64,000 nt of DNA from Octopus bimaculoides. Its lineage: Eukaryota. Shown piece after piece: positions 39,784 through 53,472 of the stretch. The stretch lies in the NCBI RefSeq assembly GCF_001194135.2, contig NC_068992.1:10882819-10946818 (forward strand), in the 5' to 3' direction. Made by a program: the position numbers and the translations under genes. The notes under the pieces were generated by a model. That model saw only the letters and a list, made by a program, of their open reading frames with translations, was not told the DNA's origin and made no database searches. The first letter of the stretch is position 1. Each line of letters opens with the position of its first letter.

Positions 39784-39830
39784 GTCTGCGTTTCTGTCTG
39801 TTTGTCAGTCTGCCTGTCTGTTTGTCTGTC
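39085..39830. repeat. Compound (TATC)n/(TGTC)n microsatellite interrupted by an assembly gap
   Basis: Read directly. The gap spans 39393-39697. Confidence 0.9.
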
Positions 39831-39924
39831 ACTACCATGCAATGTTGCTGATGGTCAATCAAGTTCCTCTAGAATAAAAGAAAATTTCTTTACTGAAAAA
39901 CTTGCTTGTTTCCAGTCTAAGAGT

Positions 39925-40132
39925 AGAGAGTTGACAGAATTGTTATCACACAGAGAAAATGCTTAGCAGCCATTCATCCATCTTTATGTTCTAAGTTCAA
40001 ATTATGCCGAGCTCAATCTTGCCTTTCATCCTTTTAAGAATGATAAAATAAGTACCAGTTACACACTGGGCTGATTAATTTGACAGGCAACCTCCCCTCA
40101 AATTTTAGCCTTTATCTACTATGTAGAAAGGA
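39925..40132 (+). mobile_element. SINE family C, diverged
   Basis: GTTCAAATTATGCCGAG...GCCTTTCATCCTTTTAAGAATGATAAAATAAGTACCAG. Confidence 0.65.
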
Positions 40133-40795
40133 TTGTCTCCTGTCTAAGTTATAACAGTTTTCTTTCTTTTATTTTTACTTGGGAGGGAAGGAGAGTGCCA
40201 ACAATCCTTTACAAAGGTTTTTGAGATTAGTGGTAGGGAGAGGAGGAGGAGAGAGAGGTGTCCCTAAACTGAATGCTTGCAACAAAGCGGGTTCTGCCAA
40301 AGACACTCACAGATCAGATGGAGATGTCCATGCAAGTTCCACAATAAGTCTTACAAATCAGGAAATGAGAACACAAAACTGAGAGCAGAAATCAGGTCAT
40401 TTCATTGGAGACGTTATCAATTTTGCCAACCCATTACTCTTGGTGTAAAGTAAACTGACACAAATATAGAATAACATTATTCATATAAAAATTTCTTTGT
40501 ACAAATGCAGGCATGGCTGTGTTGAACCACAGGCAGGGTTGTGTTGTCATGAAGTTAGCTTCCATACCATGTAGCTTCAGGTTCAGCCCCACTGATTGGC
40601 AGTTTGGGAAAATGTCTTTTATTACAGGCCTGGGCTGACAAAACATAGTTTTGCGAAATTATTAAATAGTAACAAAAAGAAGTCTATTCTATACACATAT
40701 GCATTCATACATACATATATGTGTGTGTGTGCATGTATATATACATATGTATATGTGTGTATTTATATATATGTATGTATATTTATATATATATG

Positions 40796-40834
<39 letters not shown>

Positions 40835-42274
40835 TAACACACACAAACACACACACATACATATGTGTGTCTCCAGAATTCTGCTGATGTTGTTATTTCC
40901 TTATCAACAAAAGCTGGTTTTATATCTTCAAAGATGTGTGGAGTAAGTGATCTTTTATTTGAAAAACAAGCAAGCAAAGATCGTTGAATAAGAGAAAGGG
41001 CTTCCAGATCTAAGACAATGTCTCAAATTTTTTTTCGTCTAACCCATGCTAGCATGGAAAACATTCATATAAATGAATGAACTCACACACATACTCACAG
41101 ATACATATAAACAAAGATTTTGCATCCACCATCACATCACATATACCAATTAATACTTGGCTGCATTTATAAAGCTTCGATACCATGATATATGTATAAG
41201 AGTTCAAATAACACGCTAGAAATCTGGCACATTTTCAATACAACCCTTGTTTATTCATGCCCTAATTTACCTCAAATAAAGATGTGAAGATGCAAAAGCT
41301 AAACATCATTTACTTTGGCTATAAACACAAGGACTTTTGAAAAGTAAATCAGTCTTAATTCTTTGAGAATCATTGCCAAAAATTGTGATTCATTATCCTA
41401 ATATTTTTGCATGACTCTTCTTATTGAAGTATTTTTAATCGGAAGACTTACTAAGCAAATGCTTATATTTCCAATGGAAATATTTCTCTTTGCGAGCTGG
41501 TTTATGGATTCACACAGCCTTAATTTTTTGGTTATCTTAGCTTAATGATTGCTTTACTGTCAATATTTTCAAAGATTTTATGGAACCATTTCGAATTTTA
41601 ATGAAATTTTCATTACTCCAATACCTTCCCTCTAATTAAAGTCCCGAGTTAAAAATTTTCTTTTTTGTTTCTTTTATTTATATAGAATTATTTTGAACTC
41701 ATTGAAATCAAGTTGTTTACATTGATGTCAAAGTTATTTCAAGAGAAAACTCAGGCATTTAAATTGTTTTCATTATTTTTATCTCTTGAAAATATATTTT
41801 TAGTTTCGAATATAAAGCATATGAAGCTAAAGTAGGTATACATACATGCCTTGCATGCATACATACATATAAAAATACAGATGGATATACATACACACGC
41901 TATCACGAACACACACACACATGTATGATATATATACATATGTATATGTATGCATTTGTGTGCATGTGTGTGTTGGCCAAATCTTTTTTTGTTGTTTCAT
42001 GTACATTACAGTTAGAAACTTTTATTCTAATATATTAAACAAACCAATCTCCTGATTGTTAAAACTGTGTGAAAATGTTATTTAATGCTTGTGTTTTAAA
42101 ACTCTGAAACACTTGGCTGATACTGAAAGACATAAAAGAAACTAGAAAATTTTTATTGTGGAATTCATTATAGTCAGATATGATATACACCAAAAGGGCG
42201 AATGCTTGTGTGTGATGTATTTAATGTCAGACAGATTGGTGAAGCTTATATTTAGAACTGTAATCATATAGGTA

Positions 42275-42600
42275 TAGCATAGCTGTATGGTAAAGAATTT
42301 CACTTTGGAACCATGTGATTTTAGGTTTGGTACCACTGACTGGCATTGAATTGCTGTCCTTGGCCAACCAAAATACCGAAAGTGAAATTTGTGGGCAGAA
42401 AGTGAAAGAACCACATCATATGTGTGTGTTGTGTGTCTTTGTGTTTGTGCTCCCCCCCACTATTGCTTGACAACTGGTTTCGCTTGTTTAACATCCACAT
42501 AACTTAGCAAAAACAAGTACTGGGGTCGATTCTTTTGACTAAAGATTCTTCAAGGTGCTGCCCCAGCATAGCCACAACCCAACGACTGAAACAAGAGATA
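42275..42600 (+). mobile_element. SINE family D
   Basis: Collinear with 13940-14345. 3' part TACTGGGGTCGATTCTTTTGACTAAAG...GACTGAAACAAG. Confidence 0.65.
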
Positions 42601-42610
42601 AAAGATAAAG

Positions 42611-42673
<63 letters not shown>

Positions 42674-42910
42674 CCATATAATGTTTAACATATATTCAAC
42701 CCATGCCAGCAAGAAGAATGGGAATTAAATGATGATGATGATATATGTAATGTGAATATACATAATAAATAGATGCATACATATATATGCATGTGTATAT
42801 GTGTATATATGTATGTATATATATNNNNNNNNNNNNNNNNNNNNNNNNNNNNNNNNNNNNNNNNNNNNNNNNNNNNNNNNNNNNNNNNNNNNNNNNNNNN
42901 NNNNNNNNNN

Positions 42911-42949
<39 letters not shown>

Positions 42950-42960
42950 CATATACATAT

Positions 42961-43227
42961 CTAACTGGCTCCCGTGCTAGTGGCACATAAAAAGCACTAT
43001 TCGAACATGATCAATGTCAGGCCTGCCTGACTGGCCCCTGTGCCAATGGCATGTAAAAAGCACCCACTACGCTCTCGGAGTGGTTGATGTCAGGTAGGGC
43101 ATCCAGCTGTAGAAACATTGCCAGATCAGATTGGAGCCTGCTGCAGCTGCTGGCTTTCCAGACCTCAGTCAAACAGTCCAACCCATGCCAACATGGAAAA
43201 CGGACGTTAAACGACGATGATGATGAT
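42961..43227 (+). mobile_element. SINE family A
   Basis: Two internal repeat units, family A body and (GAT)n tail. Confidence 0.85.
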
Positions 43228-43619
43228 GTATGTATTTGTGTATATGCATATATATTTATACATATAGGCATATATACTTACACATACATGTGTGCATGCA
43301 TTTTTGTTTTTACTCCTTTAGACATTGTGCAATGACTGTAAACAAACATCAAACTAGTAATGCCAATTGAAAACGTGTCAAATCAGTATGTCTAGTATGT
43401 TCAATGATTTGAAGAAAATACTACCTTACTTGGAAATAAGTGCAAGCTGGTGACTGGAAGAGTGTCCAGTTGTAGAAAATCTGTCTCAATGAATCGTTTA
43501 CATGGAAAAGTACATGGTAAATTGATGTTGTTGATGGTGATGACAGCGATGACGATGATATTTATAGCAATAACAAGGATGATTATAAGTGTGAATCTAA
43601 TATTAGTGATTAACCTTGT

Positions 43620-43860
43620 CATGTTAGTCATCATCATGGTCATAATTTAACGACCATGTCGCAAACTGGCATGGGTTGGATGGTTTGACAAGAACCAATG
43701 AGTTCCAGGACTGCATGGTGCCTCAGTTTCTGTTTTGGTTTGATTTCTTATGGCTGGATATCTTTCCTAGCACCGACCAATTTACAGTATGTACTGGGCA
43801 CATTTTCCATGGCAATATTGAAGTCACCATGCAGCTTACAAGATTACCAACTCTGAGACA
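43620..43860 (-). mobile_element. SINE A2, inverted relative to 42961-43227
   Basis: TTTAACGACCATGTCGCAAACTGGCATGGGTTGGATGGTTTGAC...ATGGCTGGATATCTTTCC. Confidence 0.55.
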
Positions 43861-44769
43861 CAAATAAAATTCTTTACTGCAGGACCTAACAGAATACCAA
43901 GGAATAGAACTCTCTGAGCATATAATGACTCAGCTCTGCAACTGGTTTATTCAAAAATATTGCTCAATAATAATAATAAAATAATTGATCATTTTCTGAT
44001 ATCAAAGTTAAATTGAAGAAAGATTGCACACACACACCCACCCCACCAAAAACATAAAAACAAAACAACAAAAAATATATATTCAACTATTAGTTTTATG
44101 ATGAAATGTGTTTAAATATGTTTTAAATATTGATTTATATCTTCTTCCTTCTCTCCTGAAATTTTCAAGAAGTATTAAGTTTATCATTTCAGGAAATATA
44201 TGTTTAAATCTGCTTTTATTAGAAATTTTGACTTTAACATATTTGATTCCTTTATTGAAAAGCTTCAAATTTAATATATTAAATTTAGAATGAAAAATAA
44301 CAATTTAGATGTAAGAAGGCAGAAAACTTATTAGTTTCTTTTAGACTTTTATGGCAGAAAACTTAGATATTTTCCCCCCTACTGATTCAATATTTATTAT
44401 ATTTCAAGAAAATAAATCACAAGACTTTATGAAAACCAAGTTTATTCAATAAAATAGTGAAGGATCACTTTATTCAATAAGATAGTTGTATTTCATTTTG
44501 TGTTCGTTCTTTTGTGTTGCCAGTGTGATGAGCTAAAATGTCTAACTAATATTCACATCATTTGCTGTTAATGCAATTCAATGATGGTTGATGGAACATT
44601 TCTGGAAACAGATAGAAACACACCAGACTAACTATATTATGATATTTAGTTTCCTTTTTCTCAATATTGATTTCAAATCCATCTTCAGTTAAACTTTTCA
44701 GCTTCATTTTCGTGGAGTTGATAAAATAGGTACCAGTAATACCCTGAACTTTTATTTCTTTGAATACAT

Positions 44770-45300
44770 TCTTCTTTTTACTTCATGCCAAGTTGCATAT
44801 AAAACTTTCATGCTCTGTCTGTGATTCACACTTGATTCTACATTTCACATCTACTGGCCTGTCTCTCTTTTCCAACAGTTCTTCTCCAGATGTTCTTCAG
44901 TCTTCCAATCTTACTCCTTGCTTCAGGGACCCCTATCATGGCTGCCATATGTTGTTGTTGGGATCTTTGTTTTAGATGTGCTCAATATATTTCCACTTCC
45001 TTCTCTGCTCTTCGTTGTTCATTCTCTCTACTCCACCTGGTTTCATTATTTGTGTAATCTTGCCCCATACCTTAAGAATCTCCCTCTCTTGCTGTCTGCT
45101 TTTATTATTTTTCAAGGGAGCCATATGTCAGAACCATCTTTGCCAAAGTTATTGCTTTTGCAGCTACAGACTATCTGAATATGGCCTGGGCTTTGGGCTT
45201 TGGGCTTTGTCCAGTAAGTTTTCCAGATCTATGCAACAATAGAGACAAAGGCTCCTAGCTATACAAAGCTGTTGACATCTTCCTATTTCTTTTCATTCAC
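44770..45300 (-). pseudogene. RTE LINE 3' coding relic
   Basis: RRKWKYIEHI*NKDPNNN then AAMIGVPEARSKIGRLKNIWRRTVGKER, matching the RTE C-terminal RW.WIGH.LR...W.P.G.R..GRP..TWRRTV pattern. Confidence 0.75.
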
Positions 45301-45603
45301 CATGATGCTGTTTGCGCTTTGAATACATAGATGCATTTGAAAGCAAGACTTGTGCCTCCTTGTAAGAAATTACTATTTAAACTAATTTTTTTAAAATTGT
45401 TATTTTCGTTTCATCCTAGGTTAAACATTAGTATGCAGACCCATGATCAAAGACATTCCAGCCATGCCATCCCTTCCTTTTCCTGATACTGTGCACTACT
45501 TACTCTTTGACCCTATTCTTTGCATTATTAGTTACTTTCCTTCCCACCTGGAACCCCTTCCGTTCCTCACAGAACACAAATGTAAAATGATGATGGTGAC
45601 AAT

Positions 45604-45638
<35 letters not shown>

Positions 45639-45814
45639 CCTATACCAAACAGTTAATATAAAACTTTTTTCATACATTAAAAAACAACTCTCATTGATTG
45701 AACAAAGGATTCAATCCATGTGTAGAGTTTGATATTTATTATGATTTTTATTGATGTTAAACTTCAAAGTTTCATAGAAACAGCAAAACTAAAGTTGTTG
45801 TCAATAAAATTATA

Positions 45815-45858
<44 letters not shown>

Positions 45859-46829
45859 TTATGCATACATACATAATCTAGAATGTGTGTGTAGAGGGAG
45901 AATGAAGTTATATGTGTATGTGTGGTACAAGGTGTTTCTACAATTATATTCCTACAGGGATGATCAGCACAGCGTCACACAAATTGAAATACATTTCAAG
46001 ACATTAAAACTATACTGGAATAAACAAGCAAATAAATACATAAATAAACAAAGAAATAAAATAATATATAAAAATTTTTTTTTTTAAAAACAGGAATAAA
46101 TCAAACAGTGAAGTGGGATGATAGAAAGATAATTGAAATTTTCAAATGAATATTTTCATTGAACTTGAGGCAGAATTGATATGATAAGAGATTCCTATTA
46201 TATCCTAATAAGAATTATAAAACAAATAAATGTATAATGATTTGAAATGGAGAAGGATAGAAGAAAAAATATATGTACGCAATATATAATATATAAAAAT
46301 TCACCATTAAGTGCATCAAGTGACTGGAATCAAATACAAATGAAACAAAAAAAATTAAATTATTATCAGCAATATCGTTATGTCATCATCATCATCATCA
46401 CCCTATTACTATCATTATTGAAATGAAAAGTGCTTAACGATTGTTCAGTGTCTGTGAAATATTAGGCTGAAATGAAAGCACATTGGCTATGTTATAAAGA
46501 ATCCTTAGGGTAATTGTTTAATTGGTTCTTTTATTCTAAATTGTCTGTGATTAGACACATTGTTCAATGTCAATTGCATCTATGTTTTAGTTTTAGCTTC
46601 TAGGCTTAAATTCTTTACAAAGTATGAAGCTAACTATAAGAAGAATGTCTGCTGCTATCATGTATAACTTAAACAGTAATGATGTTTGTGTCATATCAAA
46701 GTCCTGTGACTGAATTTAAAACTAATTTAATTTCTATCAAGAAACTATGTAAATTAATCGTGTGAAGAAATGGGCTGCGAGCCAAAGTGTGCTTCAGTGC
46801 ATTTCCTGAAGGTTAAAGCGGTGTCAATG

Positions 46830-47230
46830 AGATATGATTCTAACCAGTGTCTGAGTTACTGTTGTAATGTGTATGTGACAGTAGGGGTACACAAATAGTG
46901 TGAAAGCATAATCTAGTAACACTAAGTTTGATAGTGTGACACTCATTGACAAAGTGTAACAGTAAGAATAGTTGTATGACAAACAGTAAGATAGTGTAAC
47001 AGTATTAGCGTTGTAGTGTGATTGACTGTGCAGTAGAAGTCCATCATTCAGTGAGGTGGCTTCACAAACAGTGAGGTAGTCACTGTGATAATGTGACAGT
47101 GTTTGTGTATGAGTGTGCATGTGTGGTAGTGTTAGTGTCAGGATAGTCATGCTGGAATGTCACACTCAGAGTTGTGGTACAGACGTATGCTGTGGTGTGA
47201 GAGTCAGTGCCATTGTGTTACAGTCAATGT
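46830..47230. repeat. Degenerate GTGACAGT/GTAACAGT-rich low-complexity repeat
   Basis: Recurring TGTGACAGT, TGTAACAGT and GATAGTGTGAC words. Confidence 0.5.
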
Positions 47231-47300
47231 TGTGGCTTGGAGATCAGTATATTTATTGTAAGAGTCAGTATGGCAGATGTCTTGCTGTTTCACAAGATAT

Positions 47301-47434
47301 CATCATCATCGTTTAACGTCCATTTTCCATGCTAGCTTGGGTTGCTCGGTTTGACCGAGGACTGGCATGCCAGGAGGCTACACCAGGCTCCAATCTGATC
47401 TGGTGTCTACACGTTTCTACAGCTGGATGCCCTC
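47301..47434 (-). mobile_element. SINE family A, 3' half
   Basis: (CAT)n CGTTTAACGTCC...CTACAGCTGGATGCCCT. Confidence 0.85.
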
Positions 47435-47448
47435 CACCAGCCCCATTT

Positions 47449-47672
47449 TTCTGGTTACCTAGTTCTCTCAATCGTAGTCCCATAGATTTCTCTGTTGGGG
47501 GCACAGCTGAGAAAGACACCAATGCACTGCTTGCAACACCAAAGCCAAGCTGGTAACGAAGATCAAGGATGTGCTTGAAGATCTTCACAAAGACACAGTG
47601 AGGAACGCATGTGCCAGGTTCCAAAACTGTAATGAAACCATGTTAAAAGCCAAGCACAGTTACTTTAAGTAA
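47449..47672 (+). pseudogene. Tc1/mariner (maT-like) transposase C-terminal relic
   Basis: FWLPSSLNRSPIDFSVGGTAEKDTN, one frameshift, then CNTKAKLVTKIKDVLEDLHKDTVRNACARF...YFK*. This matches the WPPNSPD.NP.D...W and ACxRF...G.YFE motifs. Confidence 0.75.
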
Positions 47673-47715
47673 ACTGTTATCTCCCATCCATAATTTAGTT
47701 GACATCTAAAAATTT

Positions 47716-47918
47716 TGGCCTTCGTGCCGGTGGCAGTTATAAGCACCCACCACACTCTCTGAGTGGTTGGTGTTTGGAAGGGCATCCAGCTGTAGAAACT
47801 CTGCCAAATCAGATTGGAGCCTGGTGCAGCCATCTGGTTCACCAGTCCTCAGTCAAATCGTCCAACACATACTAGCATGGAAAGCGGACATTAAACGATG
47901 ATGATGATGATGATGATG
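47716..47918 (+). mobile_element. SINE family A
   Basis: Family A body and (GAT)n tail. Confidence 0.88.
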
Positions 47919-48851
47919 TGCCTTCTTTTCCTTTTATGCAAACTATTAAATTTAGTCTGAACACTCTGTGGAAATTACAATTTTGATATAAATATTTTGT
48001 TTGAGACTGGGTGCGTGTATGAACATGTGAATGTATAGGTATGTCTATGAATGTGTCTATTATATTCACATGAGATGTATGCATGTATAGATATTGGTTC
48101 CATTATCAATGGTTTTGGAATGACATTTCTATCCTTCTAAATCAGCTGTGCATGAAATTCTAACAGTTTAGGCCACTTTGCTATACCCCTAAGTACCGCT
48201 ACCAAAGCATATACATTACTTTTAACAAATCTGGCCTTTTCTCCTGACATGTAAACCCTTATTGAATTTTTTTCTTCAATTTCTCCATGTTTTTCATTCT
48301 ACTCAAATATTTGTTTATTTATGCCTTTATTTATCTTATTCTCTATCTTTTTATCATATGGTTATTCATTGACGTACTACAGAATGGTCAGCCAAAAGTT
48401 TAGAAAGCAAACCTTTATGATAAACCTATTCTTTCTTATTGCATCTTTTATGTTTTGATTTTATTGTATTCTTCTTCTGAATCTGTATTTGTCTACCGTC
48501 TTCATTGCATCTTCATTAATGCACTCCACATATGTTAATTCTAGTATTTGTAAAGGGTGAAATCTGCCAAATGTATTCATTGTCTGTGACTCTATAATGA
48601 AACAATTTGCTGTTTATAGTAGAGTCTGATGGTTTAACTTGGCATAAAATGTTATGAAGTGTAGTCTGTTACTCATATATTTATAGGTGTATATATTATA
48701 TATTGATTTGTATATTTGTGATGGATGATGCAGAGTCACTTATGTAACACACCGATTACGAAACAGCTGTCAGCCAAAGGAAGAAACATCTATACATCCA
48801 TTCTCTCACTTTTCTTATCTGGTCTATTGATGTATGTATGTATGTATGTTG

Positions 48852-49060
48852 ATTTCAAATTTTGGCACAAGGCCAGCGGTTTTGGGTTAGAGGGTTAGGG
48901 TTAAGGTTAGTTGATTACATTAACCTCAGTACCCAACTGGTACTTATTCTAACAACTCTGCAAAGATGAAAGGTAAAGTCACTCCTGACGGAATTTGAAA
49001 ACTTAGAACATTAAGTGAAACAAAATGTTGCTAGGCTTTTGCCTGCTATGCTAATGATTT
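48852..49060 (-). mobile_element. SINE family C containing a TTAGGG-like tract
   Basis: GATTTCAAATTTTGGCACAAGGCCAGC...GATGAAAGGTAAAGTCAC. Confidence 0.65.
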
Positions 49061-49737
49061 GTCCAATTCATAGCCTTATGTACCACTTCCATTATGCTTC
49101 CTTCCATCTTCCTATCTCCCTCCTATTATTCTCTATTTATCCTTCATACTATTTTCAATTCAATCTCCTTACCAACAACCAGTATGTAGTTGTCTATTAC
49201 TTTCTCTTCCTCTTCCCTTTCTCTCTCTTGTATTACCCTCTCATTCTTATGACTTACTTTCTCTTTGATCACCCTTTCATCCTCTCTGTCTGTATGTCTG
49301 TCTCTGTCTGTATGTCTGTCTCTCTTTCTCTCTCTTTTTCATTACTCTGTCTCTGTCCCTCTTTCTCTTCCACAAACCTCTCAATCATGTTGCTTGAACA
49401 GAGACAATATATGGCAAAAAGAACTGCTCAGTCCTACCAGGAACAAGACAATCCTATGGTGCTGACGTCTTCATTAAAGTCAGTCAGTAAATTCTTTAAC
49501 ATGTTGGTGATAAGCAGAGCATCCAGCAGTGGAATCCATATCAGAATGGAACTTTCAAGTCATCTATACAGGCCACAGCTTCAATTAAATTCTGATCCAG
49601 ACCATAATAAGCCATCCAATTCTCACCAGCATGGAGAAACAGACACAAAATAATGATGAGGAAGATGATAATGATCAGGAGAAGGAGGAGAAGGAGAGGA
49701 AGGATGAGGATGATGATAACAACTATACATAATGCAT

Positions 49738-49806
<69 letters not shown>

Positions 49807-50244
49807 CATACATACATACTAGAAGATAAATACATACTAGAAGATACATACATACATTCTAGAAGATACATAATTATAAATCTTGGCAATATGCTATCGT
49901 TAGTATATTACATATCTTGGTAATATAATATAATTAAGATATTATATATCTTGATAATATGCTATAATCAGTCTACCATCTATTTTGGCAATATGGCATG
50001 GTTAATATATTATTTCTCTTAGAATTAATGTAAAAGTAAGTATAGTATATACATTATGTCTGAGTGGCATAAATGGTTTCATGGCAAACTAAATATTTAA
50101 GTCTTTAGTTCTGACTATTTACAACCTGAATATAAATTCCTCTGACACTGTCATTTCTTTTACAACCCTCCAGGGTCAATTGAATGAGGACCTACGAGGT
50201 ATTTAGCTCAATTGAAGCAACTACAAATTGATGGTTTTGTATCT

Positions 50245-50480
50245 AATGCCATTTTCGTCATCATTGCTTTCATCATCATCATCGTCGTCTTCGCCATCGT
50301 TGTCATCATCATCATCATCAATTTCATCATCTTCATTCTCATGATCATTGTCATTGTCGTCCTTATCATCATCATCATTATAATCATCATTGTCATCAAC
50401 ATCATCATTGTCATTATCGTCATCATCATCATCATCATCGTCGTCATTGTCATCGTTGTTATCATTGTCATCATCATCGT
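50245..50480. repeat. Degenerate (CAT/CGT)n trinucleotide tract, the expanded tail of an A2 SINE (50470-50690, -)
   Basis: Read directly. It is followed by CGTTTTACATCTGCTTCCATAC, the inverted shared tail. Confidence 0.7.
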
Positions 50481-50851
50481 TTTACATCTGCTTCCATACG
50501 AGTAGTTTGGATGTTTCGAGAGGATCTCATAAATCGGAGGACTGTGACTGCACCACGCTCCAGTTGTCCCAGAATTGACATGTTTCCCATGGCTGTATGC
50601 TTTTCCTAATGCCAAAGTCTTTACAAAATGTTACATGAATTTTCTCATGACCCCAGCTCTAGTGAAGTTGTCTTGTAACTTGTAAGATAGAAAAAAGAAT
50701 AGGAGAGACCAGAAAGAGAGAGAAAGAGAAAGGGAGAGAGAGAAAGAATGAAAGAGAGAGAGAGACAGGAAGAGAAATCAATGATTTTACGTGAGGTGAT
50801 AAGAGAGAGACTAAAATATTATGAGCGAAACAGTCTTCATTGTTGCATGTG

Positions 50852-50903
<52 letters not shown>

Positions 50904-50924
50904 CATGTACACGCACATACAGGA

Positions 50925-51365
50925 TGCGATGGATAAATTGTTGCCATTTTATATTTACGTTCTGAGTTCAAATTCCATCAAGGTCGACTTTGCCTTTCAT
51001 CTTTTTGGGGGTCGATAAATTAAGTACCAGTTGCATACTGGGATTGATCTAATCGACTGGCCCCCTCCCTAAAACTTTTGCACCTTGTGCCTAGAGTAAA
51101 AAAAAAATATGTTCTGAGTTCAAATTCTGCCAAATATGACTTTGCTTGGGGTCCATGTAATTGGTTAACCCCCTCCCACAAAATTTCAGACCTCGCACCA
51201 ATGGTAGAAAAGAATATTGAGTGTCATTGTGAGTTTAAATCCCACTGCAGCCAACTAATTTTTCATTCTTCCTTGGTCGATGAAATATAGCTTCAGTGAA
51301 ATAACAGGTTTCTATAATCATTTCTTCTGTTCCACCTAATTTGTGGCCTTGGGCCAATGTTAGCA
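50925..51365 (+). mobile_element. Tandem SINE family C copies (two, plus a third partial)
   Basis: GTTCTGAGTTCAAATT occurs near 50958 and 51110. A third diverged head starts near 51230. Confidence 0.65.
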
Positions 51366-52729
51366 AAGAAATACGAAAATAAATGATTTATGATTTTCAA
51401 CAGTTAATAAAGTAAAGCTGATATTCTATAGATAATCGTTTCGCATGGTGTCTCAAGCTATTTCACATAATAAATGATATTCTTGTTAATCTTCATTCTA
51501 TCTAGCATTAAATAAGACAACAACAACAACAATAGTAATAACATCAATAACAACAACAGTAATAATAATAATAATAATTCATATTTTTAATTTTGATACA
51601 TTTTTAAAGAGTTTTTTTCCTATTTATTCTATCACGTTCTGCTTTTATAATGAACAAATTCCCTTTGTGTACTGATCAAGAACATTATTATAAGTCACAA
51701 TTTATAAAATATATTTATTTAGCGAATATTGTTTATTTTTCTGAAAACAGTATCAGGTTTCTTTTTACTTTCTTTTCCTTCGAAAATATTTGTTCAAGAT
51801 AATGTATTCCATGAGAAAACTTACTATCATATATTGCTTTTCTATATAACCAAAATATCTGGTCATCTTATGTAAAGCAGTAAGATACGGGATTGTATAT
51901 TTAATTTATTTAAAGTAAAATCAATCTTTCTCCACTTTTTCTTTTTCTCCCAACATATTCCGGGAGGATAGGCTCCTACATTGATCTCATACATCAAATG
52001 CAATATAATAGCTCTGTGAATTGGAACTGCTGTAAGCTAGCTAGCATCTTCAACACAAATGTCTTGCAGACAAATATTTTATGTCTTGTAGACAGATATT
52101 TTATATCTTATCTACTGTCCTGAACATTCTTACTTTTCATGAAAATGAAAAAGTGTAGATCTCATGTGTCAAACAACACTAGGGTGATGGATGACAGACA
52201 AGAACCAATGTCTTTTGTGGTTTTATATTGGAATTAAAGACACTTTTTTCTTTAGCATCACATTTATTGTAAATCAATTTTATATATGGAATTATTTTTA
52301 AATTTCATATCTTGGAAAAGTTATTAAATTTAGTTCAAATAGCATATTTGAATGTGCTTGTCAAACTGTCTTGATGTCAGAAATATTTTCGTTTACAGCA
52401 TAGTCAGAAAAGTCAGGAATTTGGCCTTTTTCTTGTAGTTTTTTTAACAAACTTTAATTGTTTTGCCAGTTTTTGCCAGTGATTTAATAGCTGTATTTCT
52501 TATTGACGTGGGTTGGTTAGATTTACATCATGCTGTATTTTAAATAAACATGGCTGCCGAGTTACTTCTTGAGTTATACTCAGAGAAGATAACACATGAT
52601 TTTGAGTGTTAGATACAGAGTATATTGCAAACATATCAAACCCATATTGAATACAAGGCAATAATCATGATCAATATTATAATGCAGTATCAATAATTAT
52701 AGTAAGGTTTATCAACTTCTAGTTATATG

Positions 52730-53270
52730 CATCACACCATAATATCTATAATGGAATCTTTCTTCATACACACAGTATCTGAAATATTTTCAGGTCCAAT
52801 AAGCTCAGAGTGCTTAGGTTTTCATTATTGGTCATTGTAATTCTCAGATAATTTTTTATTTCTGCCAATTTTCTGAATAATCTCTATCCTGAGCAATTAG
52901 TGTCCAAAACCTATGCTCAAATATATTCTAAGAGCCACATTAACAGTTGCAAAGGTATCAGAGAGTCTTTAATTGTGAAATGAATCTACTTGTGATGGAG
53001 TGAGATATGACGTGAAATTAGAAAAGGCTTGATAATTTTGTCTAAGAAAACATTACTGAAATCATAAGAAAATGCAATAAATTTCTCTGCTTTACTTCTG
53101 AATTTTGTATCAGGTAACCCACAAAAGTCACAAACTGATTTGTATACAACCTTGCATTCTTGTAAAAGTTGTAGACATTCCAAGATGTAAAAATAAGACT
53201 TTCCGAAGTAAGTCTTCATTAGATTTTTTCCATGTCTGTTAACAGAGGAAAAAAGGTGTATAAACATTGT
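52730..53270 (-). pseudogene. hAT transposase relic including the C-terminal dimerisation domain
   Basis: LSDTFATVNVALRIYLSI / TNCSG*RLFRKLAEIKNYLRITM...LSTLSLL matches the hAT FP.V..ALRI.LT..VT..S.ERSFS.LK.IKNYLRSTM motif. Upstream VYKSVCDFCG...AEKFIAF is compatible. Confidence 0.8.
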
Positions 53271-53472
53271 ATGAAGTCACTACAGCCTTAATGTAGCAAG
53301 TGAAGTTCCAGAAGAGTGAAATTTGATTATTTTCAAGCACTGGAGGTGGTTTGTGTTCCCACCAGTTTTTACCATGGGGCAAGTCCAGGTTTTTGCAAAT
53401 TACCCAGTGAATATATTGTGCAGATCTATCATGCCTATTACTACTACTACTACTATTATTATTATTATTATT

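Noticed and set aside
49015-49653. 212-aa ORF
   Set aside because: Its first two thirds are a SINE end and a pyrimidine tract. The unique tail has no recognisable homology and no clear splice support.
50208-50615. Poly-Met/poly-Ile/poly-Ser ORFs (also 14652-14990, 18256-18745, 62859-63118)
   Set aside because: These are stop-free readings of trinucleotide tracts, and the 50245 tract is a SINE tail.
50174-53207. Isolated exon-like segments at 50174-50198 (GQLNEDLR) and 53114-53207; similar ones near 23392-23450 and 3090-3160(-)
   Set aside because: Splice-like motifs alone, with no homology. 53114-53207 lies antisense within the hAT relic.
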